Positions 18,778-29,132 are shown, counted from the stretch's first letter. The stretch is 64,000 bases of DNA from an uncultured Candidatus Saccharibacteria bacterium (GCA_964651115.1 CAZYXJ010000001.1:106509-170508), one strand, 5' to 3'. The notes: generated by a model from the sequence alone, not told the origin. Program-made: numbers and translations.

Positions 18778-20626
18778 CTTCCACGATGATCTGACCTACT
18801 TCTCGGCCAAACCGCTGGCCCTCGGAGCAGTGGTAACGGTGCCCGTCCGCAAAAAATCAATCCCCGCTGTCGTGGTGGCCTGTAAACCAGCCCAAGCCGA
18901 AAAAACGGCCCTGCGGCGGGCTTCCTATGCCTTAAAAAAAGTTGGCCGCCTCCAAACGGTCGGACTAGTCCGGCCAGGGTTTATTAGCGCCGCGGAAAAA
19001 ATCGCCGAATATGCCGCGGCGCCACTTGGCGGCATCCTGCCCGCCCTCATCTCTCAATCTCTAGTTGCCAATCTGAGCGCCCTCGAGCCAGCCGCTCCCG
19101 GCAACGAACAGGCGTCCACCGGTCTGCGACCCGATCTACAGGCCCTCCAAAATCAAGATGACGAACGCTGGTCGACTTATAAAAGCATTGTGCGCGAAGA
19201 ATTCGCCCGCACTCAATCCGTCCTCTTAATTGTCCCCACCCATCTCGACGCTCTGCGCGTCGCCGAAACCTTAAGCCGAGGCATTACCGATTTCACCTTC
19301 ATTCTCCACGGAAAATTAAGCAAAAAATCGCTCGTCGAATCATGGAATGGCGCGCTTAAAGAAACTCGTCCGGTGCTCATCATTACCACCCCCGCCTTTG
19401 CGGGTCTTCCCCGTCACGATCTTAAAACTTTTATCATTGAACGAGAAAACTCGCCCAGCTACAAAATGCTCGCGCGACCGTTTGTCGACTGGCGGCGATT
19501 TTTAGAACAACTCGCGGCGACCACCGGCGCCCGCGTCCTCTATGGCGACAGCGCCCTGAGAGTCGAAACTCTCTGGCGCCTCGAACGAGGCGAGCTCATG
19601 CCCGCCGAAAGCGTTAAACAACGCCTAGTCACCACGGCGGAAAATTTCTTGATCACTTCGAAAAGCGGCGAACCACTAGCGCCAGAAACCTTAGAGTTGA
19701 TTCGCGCCGGCCTGGCCGCTTCGGAGCATCTATTTATTCTGGCCGGCCGGCGCGGCCTGGCTCCCCTGGTGGTTTGCGACGACTGCGGTGAACCAGTCCT
19801 CTGCGCGCGTTGCCAAGGACCGGTCGCTCTCCACGAACGTCGAGCGGCCCCAGAGCAGGATTCGCGTTACTTCCTCTGCCATCGCTGTGGTCAAGAAAGA
19901 TCGGCTAAAGAAAAATGCCAAACTTGCGAGAGTTGGCGTTTACGCGAACTAGGAATTGGCATTAATCGAATTAGTCAACGATTGCAGGAGGCGTTCCCCG
20001 AAGCCCACATCGTCACCGTCGAAAGCGACACGCAAAACACTCCCAAGCGCACTCGCGATCAAATGAGAAACTTTAGCCAAGCCGCTAGTGGCATCTTAGT
20101 CGGCACGGAACTGGCTCTCCATTATTTGCTTACCCCGATTGATACGGCGATTATCGTCGCCGCCGACTCACTTTTAGCCCTCCCTGATTTTCGCATCCAT
20201 GAACGACTCTACTCTCTCACCGCTCGCGTTCGCTCCCTGGCCCGAAAAAACTTCGCCATCCAAACCCGTTACCCCGAAGAACCAGTCTTTAATTACGCCC
20301 TCACCGGCAACACCATCGAATTTTATCGCCACGAATTGGCCGATCGAGAATCATTTGATTATCCGCCCTTTAAAACGCTGATTAAAATCACACGCGAGGG
20401 CTCTCGCGCCGTCGTTAGAGAAGATATGAAACGGTTAGCCGCTCACCTCTCGACTTTCCAGCCCCAAATTTATCCCTCCTTCCAAGAACCGGGCTCTGAC
20501 AACTACCGCTTGCAAGCTCTAATCCGTCTGCCTCCCGAGCGCTGGCCTAACCCCACCCTCGTTTCGTTCTTGAAATCCTTGCCGCCATCGTTTATTGTCA
20601 ATGTTGACCCGGCCGATATCCTTTAA
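18722..20626 (+). CDS. priA: Primosomal protein N-prime (PriA)-like, helicase motifs I/II degenerate
   Basis: 634 aa with a PriA-like N-terminal 3-prime-DNA-binding region and a Cys-rich zinc module (CDDCGEPVLCARCQG...CHRCGQ...CQTCES). No GxGKT Walker A is present, and the DEEH box is replaced by EREN in the conserved FIIERENSPSYK context. Confidence 0.6.
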   Translation: MLRFNPMHIVSVIPLARGIFHDDLTYFSAKPLALGAVVTVPVRKKSIPAVVVACKPAQAEKTALRRASYALKKVGRLQTVGLVRPGFISAAEKIAEYAAAPLGGILPALISQSLVANLSALEPAAPGNEQASTGLRPDLQALQNQDDERWSTYKSIVREEFARTQSVLLIVPTHLDALRVAETLSRGITDFTFILHGKLSKKSLVESWNGALKETRPVLIITTPAFAGLPRHDLKTFIIERENSPSYKMLARPFVDWRRFLEQLAATTGARVLYGDSALRVETLWRLERGELMPAESVKQRLVTTAENFLITSKSGEPLAPETLELIRAGLAASEHLFILAGRRGLAPLVVCDDCGEPVLCARCQGPVALHERRAAPEQDSRYFLCHRCGQERSAKEKCQTCESWRLRELGIGINRISQRLQEAFPEAHIVTVESDTQNTPKRTRDQMRNFSQAASGILVGTELALHYLLTPIDTAIIVAADSLLALPDFRIHERLYSLTARVRSLARKNFAIQTRYPEEPVFNYALTGNTIEFYRHELADRESFDYPPFKTLIKITREGSRAVVREDMKRLAAHLSTFQPQIYPSFQEPGSDNYRLQALIRLPPERWPNPTLVSFLKSLPPSFIVNVDPADIL

Positions 20627-20634
20627 TCCAAGCC

Positions 20635-21183
20635 ATGCGCCAACATCAACCCCACTCACCCCATCAAGCCCCGCCCACCATTGTCCAAAATGGGGCAGAA
20701 GTTTTGCGCCAAGTAGCCGAGACCGTGAACGAGGCCGAATTTAATACTCCCGCCCTGCAAGAATTGGTGACCAGGATGGAAGAAGCACTAGCCAGCTGTG
20801 ACGATGGGGTTGCCATTGCCGCGCCGCAGATTGGTGTCGCTAAAAGAATTTTCGTGGTGGCTCCTCAGGCTTTTGATGATGGCCCCGAAACTACCGCCAA
20901 CCATCGCGTCTTCATCAACCCGATCATTACTAAAAAATCTAAACGAACGAGCGTGGTTGATGAGGGTTGTCTCTCGGTGCGCTGGCTTTACGGCAAAGTT
21001 CGACGCTCCACCAAAGCGACCGTCGAGGCCTACGACCTTAAGGGGAAAAAGTTTACTCATCACGGCACCGGTCTCCTGGCGCAAATTTTCCAGCACGAAA
21101 TTGATCACCTCAACGGCGTTCTATTTATCGATCAAGCTAGCCAACTAGAAGAAATTAAACCCAGCGACAATGATGCCGCCTAA
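20635..21183 (+). CDS. def: Peptide deformylase
   Basis: 182 aa with the motifs GVAIAAPQIG, EGCLS and HEIDHL. Confidence 0.9.
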   Translation: MRQHQPHSPHQAPPTIVQNGAEVLRQVAETVNEAEFNTPALQELVTRMEEALASCDDGVAIAAPQIGVAKRIFVVAPQAFDDGPETTANHRVFINPIITKKSKRTSVVDEGCLSVRWLYGKVRRSTKATVEAYDLKGKKFTHHGTGLLAQIFQHEIDHLNGVLFIDQASQLEEIKPSDNDAA

Positions 21184-21985
21184 ATTCGTTTTCTGGGGCA
21201 GTGACGATTTTTCGATTGGGGTCTTAAATGGCTTAGCCGCCGTCGGCCAGCAACCCGCGTTAATCGTCGGCACTCCACCCCGTATCAAGCGCGGCCAACC
21301 GCAACCAGCGGCCACGGCTCAGTGGGCAGAAAGTCACCAGATCCCCTTCACTATCGACCCCGCTACGATCCCGCCCCAAGCCTATGATTTTTTTATCGTC
21401 GCCTCATATGGCCAGATCATTTCCCCCGAATTACTGCGCCTGGCCAAACTGGGGACAATTAACGTCCACCCCTCACTCTTGCCGAAATACCGCGGGGCCA
21501 CGCCTCTCCAGAGCGCCATCCTAAACGGCGAAAGCGAAACTGGCGTTACCCTGATTGAACTGGACGAACAGCTTGATCATGGACCAATTTTAGCGCAGGC
21601 CACCCAGCCCCTCGGCCACTTAAATTTTAGCGAGTTAAGAGATCTACTGGCCCGCCGCGGAGCCGAATTGCTGGCCGAAATTCTGCCCGCTTACTTGGCG
21701 CAAACGCTTAAACCACAAACCCAAAATCACGACCAAGCTACGTTTACGCGTAAATTTACCAAAGCTGATGCCGAACTAAAATCTACTGACACTCCGATAA
21801 TTAAATTTAGAAAAGTCCTCGCCCTCAATCCCGAACCGGGCACTTGGCTAGTTGACGAACGCGGACAACGATTAAAAATTAAAACTGCCCGCCTCGAGGA
21901 CGGACAGTTTATTCCTGAAAAAGTGGTTCCTGAAGGTAGGCGTGAAATGACTTGGTCAGATTATCGCCGTGGCCAGCAACCCTAG
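21170..21985 (+). CDS. fmt: Methionyl-tRNA formyltransferase
   Basis: 271 aa. It has a formyl-transferase N-domain with the HPSLLPKYRG motif and overlaps def in the classic def-fmt arrangement. Confidence 0.88.
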   Translation: MMPPKFVFWGSDDFSIGVLNGLAAVGQQPALIVGTPPRIKRGQPQPAATAQWAESHQIPFTIDPATIPPQAYDFFIVASYGQIISPELLRLAKLGTINVHPSLLPKYRGATPLQSAILNGESETGVTLIELDEQLDHGPILAQATQPLGHLNFSELRDLLARRGAELLAEILPAYLAQTLKPQTQNHDQATFTRKFTKADAELKSTDTPIIKFRKVLALNPEPGTWLVDERGQRLKIKTARLEDGQFIPEKVVPEGRREMTWSDYRRGQQP

Positions 21986-22620
21986 CGAATTTCCACCTTC
22001 TCTACCACGACCGGCTTAAGAGGATGATCACTGCTACTTGTCGAAACATTTTCGATCGCACTCACGACGTCCAAACCGGCAATCACTTTACCGAAGGGTG
22101 TATGCCAACCGCCACCGGGCTTATTTAGCCAATCAACTCGGGGCGCCGTCACGATAAAAAATTGCGAACCATTAGTCCCACGACCACCGCGGAGACCGGC
22201 ATTAGCCATCGCCACGACGCCGCGTTCCAAGATCACATCATTCACCTCATCATCAAACACGTAACCCGGACCGCCCGTCCCATGAATGGCCAAGTTATCT
22301 GGCTCCGACTTAGTTAGCGGATCACCGCCCTGAATCATAAAGCCCTTGATTACTCGATGAAATTGGGTCCCGTCGTAAAAACCGCTTTGGGCCAATTTTA
22401 CAAAATTCTGGACTGTCACTGGCGCTTTAGTCGCATATAACTCTACCTCGATTACTCCGGCCGAAGTAGTTAGGACCGCCACTGGGCTAGTCAGAGAGGT
22501 TCGTTCGCCTGAAATCATTTTTTTACTAGTAATGCCGGCCTCCGGCGCAGTCCAAGCAAGCAAGCCAACTGCGGCCACCGCCAACACCACGATTAAGATT
22601 AAAAGTTTAAAATTTTTCAT
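21982..22620 (-). CDS. Cyclophilin-type peptidyl-prolyl cis-trans isomerase, membrane/secreted
   Basis: 212 aa with an N-terminal TM/signal. Cyclophilin motifs FHRVIKGFMIQGGD and GSQFFI are present. Confidence 0.85.
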   Translation of the reverse strand: MKNFKLLILIVVLAVAAVGLLAWTAPEAGITSKKMISGERTSLTSPVAVLTTSAGVIEVELYATKAPVTVQNFVKLAQSGFYDGTQFHRVIKGFMIQGGDPLTKSEPDNLAIHGTGGPGYVFDDEVNDVILERGVVAMANAGLRGGRGTNGSQFFIVTAPRVDWLNKPGGGWHTPFGKVIAGLDVVSAIENVSTSSSDHPLKPVVVEKVEIR

Positions 22621-22629
22621 AAACCCAAA

Positions 22630-23004
22630 CTAGCTACGCCAAGGATTAAAGCGTCGCAACATCTCTTTAACCCGTCGCCCGCCGCGGCGCAATAAAGTGT
22701 TCCGCTTCTCGGCATTCGTTTTAATCACTCGAGACATTTCGTCCTTAACCAGATCAATCGCCGCGTACAGATCGGCGGCATTTTCCACCGCGTACAACTG
22801 TTTACCATTGAACAATAAGCGGATCTCGGCGCGGTAAACATCGCCCTGACGATGATGCTCCGTATCCCGACCAATCTCCACATTGACCAGCAACTCATCA
22901 TTGCCGGCTGGCAACAATCGGCCCAACATCCCAACCTTCTCTTCCGCAAACTCCCGAATCGCGGGCGTCAACTCAATACTCGTTGCTTTAATATTGATCT
23001 TCAT
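22630..23004 (-). CDS. hpf: Ribosome hibernation promoting factor (HPF/RaiA family)
   Basis: 124 aa with the sigma-54 modulation protein/S30EA fold signature (MKINIKATSIELTPAIREFAEEK...). Confidence 0.8.
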   Translation of the reverse strand: MKINIKATSIELTPAIREFAEEKVGMLGRLLPAGNDELLVNVEIGRDTEHHRQGDVYRAEIRLLFNGKQLYAVENAADLYAAIDLVKDEMSRVIKTNAEKRNTLLRRGGRRVKEMLRRFNPWRS

Positions 23005-23011
23005 GCCCCCA

Positions 23012-24433
23012 TTATAACACCTCCGCGAGCATCATATTAGTGTCGACAGATTTGCCGAAAGGCATGCCCGCCGCTACCACCACCCGCTCCCCCTTTTTGC
23101 CCAGTTTATGCTCTAGGGCAAATTCCCGAACCATGGCCAAAACCTCGGCGGTGGTCTTAAACTTCTTAACCAAAGTCGGATAACAACCGTAACTCAAGGC
23201 CAACTGATTAACCGTCGCGCGATTGGGCGATAAGCAAATAATCCCCTGATTGGGTCGATAGCGAGAAATCATCCGCGCCGTAAAACCAGAATCAGTCAAG
23301 GCGACGATAAACTTGGCTCCCAACTGAGTCGAAGTCTCAACCGCGGCATTGCCCACGGCATCAGCCACGCTATTGTCGTGCAAAAAGTCACGATCGCGAC
23401 GTTGATACGAGCGATCGCGCTCCACCCGAAGCGCCACCCGCGTCATCACCCGAACCGCCTCCACCGGGTGCTCGCCCAAAGTCGTCTCTTCCGATAGCAT
23501 GACCGCGTCCGTACCATCTAAAATAGCATTAGCGACGTCCGAAACTTCGGCCCGGGTCGGCACCGGGGACTTAATCATCGACTCAAGCATTTGCGTCGCC
23601 GTAATCACTGGCTTGCCGGCGCGATTACATTTCTTAATAATCATCTTCTGGACCATCGGCACGTCTTCGGCCGGAATCTCCACCGCCAAATCTCCCCGCG
23701 CTACCATAATCCCATCCGACAATTCCAAGATCGCGTCAAAGTTTTCGACCGCTTCTTGGGTCTCAATTTTAGAAATAATTTTTGCTTCGGATTTACCCTT
23801 GTTCAACAATTCGCGCAGTTCGATCACGTCTTCAGGTCGCCGCACGAAGGAAAAAGCGATAAAATCAACTTTGTTCTTTAAGCCAAAAGCCAAATCTTTT
23901 TTATCCTTCTCCGTCAGCGAGCTCACCTTCAGATAAGCCCCGGGCAAATTAACGCCGCGACGGCCCTTGGTCTCCCCACCAACCACAATCTGGCAAATGA
24001 CGTCTGTCCCCTTAATCTCGACCACTTCCAAACGTTTCTTACCATCATCCACCATTACCACGTTACCGGGCTTAAGCTCTTCGTGTAGAGTCGGGTAGTT
24101 AATCGAGACTCGCTCCTCGGTACCCACAATTTTTTCCGGCGTTAAAGTAATGCGTTTGCCTGGCACCAAAGTCACCCGCTCTTGATAAAAATCACCGATT
24201 CGAAACTTGGGACCAGACAGATCCTGCAACAAAGCGACGGGCGTATTTAATTTTTTAGAGACAGCGCGAGTAATATCCACCTTGGGTTGATGCTCCGCGA
24301 AATCGCCGTGAGAAAAGTTCATGCGCACCACATTCATCCCCGAACGAACCAGTTCCGTTAACATCTTTTCGTTGGCCGTGACCGGTCCAATCGTGGCTAC
24401 AATTTTGGTTTTCTTAGAAATATGCATAAACAA
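23012..24433 (-). CDS. pyk: Pyruvate kinase
   Basis: 473 aa with TKIVATIGP and MVARGDLAVE motifs and a C-terminal regulatory domain. Confidence 0.9.
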   Translation of the reverse strand: MFMHISKKTKIVATIGPVTANEKMLTELVRSGMNVVRMNFSHGDFAEHQPKVDITRAVSKKLNTPVALLQDLSGPKFRIGDFYQERVTLVPGKRITLTPEKIVGTEERVSINYPTLHEELKPGNVVMVDDGKKRLEVVEIKGTDVICQIVVGGETKGRRGVNLPGAYLKVSSLTEKDKKDLAFGLKNKVDFIAFSFVRRPEDVIELRELLNKGKSEAKIISKIETQEAVENFDAILELSDGIMVARGDLAVEIPAEDVPMVQKMIIKKCNRAGKPVITATQMLESMIKSPVPTRAEVSDVANAILDGTDAVMLSEETTLGEHPVEAVRVMTRVALRVERDRSYQRRDRDFLHDNSVADAVGNAAVETSTQLGAKFIVALTDSGFTARMISRYRPNQGIICLSPNRATVNQLALSYGCYPTLVKKFKTTAEVLAMVREFALEHKLGKKGERVVVAAGMPFGKSVDTNMMLAEVL

Positions 24434-24451
24434 GACTTTAAATAATGAATT

Positions 24452-24976
24452 TTAACTATAATAAACGAAGAGCATGATTGCAACCACCAAACCAACTTGC
24501 AGTAACGGCCCAACCAAACCGCGCGGATTAAGTTTGTACTTGGTGTGAATCCAGAGATGAAAAAGTTGTAATCGCGCCAGCCACCGCCAGCGCAATTTGA
24601 AATAAACAAATTGCAAAAAATCCGGCGCCATCGCGCCAGCGGCCCCCGCCAGCGCGCCCAACGCCGCATTCTCTGATGACCACCAAATCACTAAGCCAGC
24701 CAATCCTAAGCCGAGCAAACCGTCGCTAACAATTTTTAATAAATCCCAAAAGAAATCTCGCCCCCAGCGCAAATCAGTGGCCAAAGGATTGTTTTGATCT
24801 TCCACCGCCGAACGCAGGGGGTAATCCCAGTGTGGCAAAGCATCAAGCGCGAAGTGACTGGCAAAGCCGAGCAGAAACGCGGCCGCCGGTTGCGCCGGGA
24901 CGAGGAGTGAGAGCGCGGCGCCGGCGGCCGCATGCGTGGCTAAAGTCATCGGCTCTACTATAACACAAGAAAACAC
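24452..24976 (-). CDS. Hypothetical polytopic membrane protein (possibly membrane-bound metal-dependent hydrolase family)
   Basis: 174 aa with several TM helices and conserved His/Asp residues (HWDYP). Weak call. Confidence 0.35.
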   Translation of the reverse strand: MFSCVIVEPMTLATHAAAGAALSLLVPAQPAAAFLLGFASHFALDALPHWDYPLRSAVEDQNNPLATDLRWGRDFFWDLLKIVSDGLLGLGLAGLVIWWSSENAALGALAGAAGAMAPDFLQFVYFKLRWRWLARLQLFHLWIHTKYKLNPRGLVGPLLQVGLVVAIMLFVYYS

Positions 24977-25016
24977 CCCGTTGGCCAGTGGCCAACGGGG
25001 TGTCAGAAAAGAACAA

Positions 25017-26216
25017 TTAAGGAGGTAAGGTTGGGTCCGCGAGGCAGGGGCCCGGCAAGCCGCTCCGGCTCAGGCAGGACTGAAGCAAGGTCCAATCAGC
25101 CTGGTTAGTAACGCCGTCGCGAGTTAGATCCCAAATTCGGCACTCGGGGACCAGCGGCGGTTGATTCCACTCCCCCAACCCCAAGCAAACCTGAAACGAC
25201 GAGACGTCTTCAGCATCGACGTCGCCATCGTAATCATGATCGCCATAAGGCGTACAGGGAACGGTGCTGACGAACTGATTGCGGGGGCAGGCGTCATGGC
25301 AGTCAAAAACGCCATCCCCGTCCCTATCGTTATCGGCCACCCCGCAACCGCACGGTCCCGGAGCAATCTTCTTGGGATCGTTAGGGCAACCATCCTGGCA
25401 ATCCAGAATCAAATCGCCATCGGCATCGAGCAGGCCGCCCGACCAATCGCAAGTGACGCAAGGCGGAAAACCAATTTCGCCCGGCACCAAAAGTGACTGC
25501 TGGCTCGGCGGGTCAACATTTTCGTTACTGCTGCCCCGCTCCTTCCAGCTCTTCTCACAGTCGACCCAAAGCTTGGCAACCGATTCGGTCGGCTGCACGT
25601 TGACCATGAAGGCCGTCGCCGTGATGTTATTGATAAACACCAACCGATGATTGGGCGGACCATTAGCCGATCCGAAATAAATGTCGGCCGACGGTTTGCT
25701 GGGATCGCGAATTACCCGGACGACAAGGTAAACAGGCCTCAGAATCGTATCGTCGCGATATGGCTTATCGCCCTTACGCGAGCCGAGCCGAAAGGTCATG
25801 ACTCCATTGTCATCCGCTTTCATTTTCCCCTTCATGATCCTCTTCTTGATGGGGAAGGGCTGGCCATTAACAAGACCGTAGCAGGTGTCATTGTTGGCCA
25901 TATTGCCCAAGAAAGCGTCCTCGGGGAAAGCCGCATTGGAACTGTAGACGAAATATTCCGCCTCCCAGCTCTGCTTGTAACGCTCCCCAAACTGATCCTT
26001 GATCGTTATGCCGATCTCGTACTCAAAACCGACCAAGCGAGCACCGCCGGGATTGCGCGGGTCCGCTTCATAGAGGCAATTCCCCCAGCGCGCGGAATCG
26101 AGTTTGATTTCGCGTGCCGTTTTGACGGGTGCCGGCGGCGGATTGCCCGCCGGCACCGTGTCTTGGCAACCAACTCCTGAAATGACCAGTCCCAGGAGCA
26201 GTAAAAATCTTTTCAT
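25017..26216 (-). CDS. Lipoprotein with thrombospondin type-3-like Ca-binding repeats and dockerin-like C-terminus
   Basis: 399 aa with a lipobox-like N-terminus (LLGLVISGVGCQ). Asp-rich DxDxDGxxDCxDxCP repeats are present (DADGDLILDCQDGCPNDP, DNDRDGDGVFDCHDACP), plus two dockerin-like segments (DYDGDVDAEDV..., DLTRDGVTNQADWTLL). Confidence 0.5.
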   Translation of the reverse strand: MKRFLLLLGLVISGVGCQDTVPAGNPPPAPVKTAREIKLDSARWGNCLYEADPRNPGGARLVGFEYEIGITIKDQFGERYKQSWEAEYFVYSSNAAFPEDAFLGNMANNDTCYGLVNGQPFPIKKRIMKGKMKADDNGVMTFRLGSRKGDKPYRDDTILRPVYLVVRVIRDPSKPSADIYFGSANGPPNHRLVFINNITATAFMVNVQPTESVAKLWVDCEKSWKERGSSNENVDPPSQQSLLVPGEIGFPPCVTCDWSGGLLDADGDLILDCQDGCPNDPKKIAPGPCGCGVADNDRDGDGVFDCHDACPRNQFVSTVPCTPYGDHDYDGDVDAEDVSSFQVCLGLGEWNQPPLVPECRIWDLTRDGVTNQADWTLLQSCLSRSGLPGPCLADPTLPP

Positions 26217-26234
26217 GATTTCGTCTCCTTGGAC

Positions 26235-26888
26235 TTAGCGAATCTCAGGAACCCGGTACAGATACCCGACGGTTGGCAGCGGCAACTCACTCGGCACTCC
26301 GCCCGTGACCGTCACCCGCACGCGCAGGCGAAAACCTCGCGCGCCCGCCACATAATCGGCCGGCGTCTGGCACTCGGCCAGCTTAGAATGCTGGAGTAAG
26401 TGCTCGATCGGCCCGCTGACTGACGCAAGCGAACCATCCGCCCCCTCGGCAACGAACTCGTCTCGGCCAAAGGTGACGGAAGCGTTCGGATTGGACGCCT
26501 TGTAAGCGGCGGCCGACGCCTCATGAGCCGCGTTGACGAGCGGCGTCCAAGCCGTCCCCTTGAGATACCCCGGGTAAGCCGAGAGGGTAAAGCCCTCCGG
26601 CACCCAAAGCACCAGCTTCTGCGCCGGCCCCCGTCCCCAGACGCCACACCAACCATTCGGCATCAGCCGGGAGTCGTGATGGCGCAGGAGTAAGATGGGC
26701 GGGCTCTCGAGCACGACGGTGCGCGAGGCCGGCTGACCCGGGCTCTCCACATCGAGCACTGGCGTCACCCGCACCGCCACCCCTTCGGTCAGCACCGCCG
26801 GCCGGGCTTGAGACGGCGAGGTACAAGATGAGATCCCCGCCACTCCTCCGAGGACGAAAAAGATCGCCCCCCAAATGATCTTCCGCAT
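26235..26888 (-). CDS. Hypothetical secreted protein
   Basis: 217 aa with a signal peptide and no recognisable motifs. Antisense ORFs inside it are probably GC-driven artefacts. Confidence 0.4.
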   Translation of the reverse strand: MRKIIWGAIFFVLGGVAGISSCTSPSQARPAVLTEGVAVRVTPVLDVESPGQPASRTVVLESPPILLLRHHDSRLMPNGWCGVWGRGPAQKLVLWVPEGFTLSAYPGYLKGTAWTPLVNAAHEASAAAYKASNPNASVTFGRDEFVAEGADGSLASVSGPIEHLLQHSKLAECQTPADYVAGARGFRLRVRVTVTGGVPSELPLPTVGYLYRVPEIR

Positions 26889-26961
26889 CGCAAACCTCCC
26901 ATGTCAGAGATCAAAGATTGATCAGGAACATCCTGAATCTGTTTTTACACTACAACGGTTT

Positions 26962-26989
26962 TTGTAGCTAGTCAATATGTGTTAAACTA
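26962..26989 (+). promoter_or_regulatory. Candidate sigma70-like promoter upstream of eno
   Basis: TTGTAG, then 16 nt, then TAAACT, about 25 nt upstream of the eno ATG in an AT-rich intergenic region. Weak. Confidence 0.3.
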
Positions 26990-27002
26990 AAGCCATAATT
27001 AA

Positions 27003-28319
<1,317 letters not shown>

Positions 28320-28332
28320 CCACCCCCACAAA

Positions 28333-28373
28333 AAAACAAAATGATCAACACCTAGTGTTGATCATTTTGTTTT
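28333..28373. repeat. Extended REP-like palindrome (copy 2), also a likely eno terminator
   Basis: aaaacaaaatgatcaacac-cta-gtgttgatcattttgtttt forms a ~19-bp stem with the TGATCAACAC/GTGTTGATCA core. It lies 14 nt after the eno stop and 22 nt before the transposase ATG, and is followed by a T-rich run. Confidence 0.7.
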
Positions 28374-28394
28374 GCTTTATGATAAGATAAAAGC

Positions 28395-29075
28395 ATGAGA
28401 GCGCTTAACTTGGCGGGCGGCGAATATTATCATCTTTTAAATCGCGGAATGGCAAAGCGTCCTATCTTCCATGACAACGATGATTATCTGCGTTTTCTCT
28501 TTCTGATCACCCATCTGCAATCCGGAAAATCCTTCCTTAATATGTCCCGCGACATTAACCTGTTTAAAAAAACTTTTTCTCGACCTGATCAACACCGAGT
28601 GTTGATCAATCAAGAATACGCCAAAGCGGCCTCCCACCAACCACTAGTAAAGCTCCTGGCCTTTTGTCTAATGCCCAATCACTTTCATCTTTTAGTTTTA
28701 GCGATTCAAGATAATGGCATCGCTCGATATTTACAAAGAATCCTAAATGCCTACGCCAAGTATTATAATTTGAAATACCAACAAACCGGCCACCTGTTCC
28801 AGGGCCCATATCGAGCCGTTCACGTTTCTGACAACGAGCAACTACTCTACACCTCGGCTTACGTGCACAAAAATTGTTGCGAACTATTAGCCTGGCAAGA
28901 AAACTTTGCAGAATATCCTTGGTCTAGCTTGCAAGATTATTGCGTTTTTAATCGCTGGAGCACCCTACTCGATCCCCAGATCATTATTGATCAATTCGAT
29001 AACCCGACTGAATATTTGTTGTGGGTGAAAAACAACCCCGCTAAAACCGAAAATTTCGGGGTTGATTCTGATTAA
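28395..29075 (+). CDS. Y1 (HuH) transposase of the IS200-like/REP-associated tyrosine transposase family
   Basis: 226 aa with YHLLNRG...PIFHDNDDY, the HuH motif MPNHFHLL, GHLFQGPYRAV, catalytic-Tyr region LLYTSAYVHKN and YPWSSL. These match the COG1943-type Y1 transposases. It is flanked and interrupted by cognate palindromes. Confidence 0.8.
   Translation: MRALNLAGGEYYHLLNRGMAKRPIFHDNDDYLRFLFLITHLQSGKSFLNMSRDINLFKKTFSRPDQHRVLINQEYAKAASHQPLVKLLAFCLMPNHFHLLVLAIQDNGIARYLQRILNAYAKYYNLKYQQTGHLFQGPYRAVHVSDNEQLLYTSAYVHKNCCELLAWQENFAEYPWSSLQDYCVFNRWSTLLDPQIIIDQFDNPTEYLLWVKNNPAKTENFGVDSD
28586..28608. repeat. REP-like palindrome TGATCAACAC-CGA-GTGTTGATCA (copy 3, inside the transposase ORF)
   Basis: Identical 23-mer to copy 1 at 11053. 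It encodes RPDQHRVLINQ within a region that looks like an insertion relative to family members. Confidence 0.65.
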
Positions 29076-29091
29076 CACCCGGTGTTGATCA
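29069..29091. repeat. REP-like palindrome TGATTAACAC-CCG-GTGTTGATCA (copy 4, at transposase stop)
   Basis: Inverted repeat with one mismatch, overlapping the TAA stop of the transposase gene. Confidence 0.6.
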
Positions 29092-29132
29092 AGGATGCCT
29101 GGCAGTTCCCAGTCTAGGCCAAAAGGTTTAAG

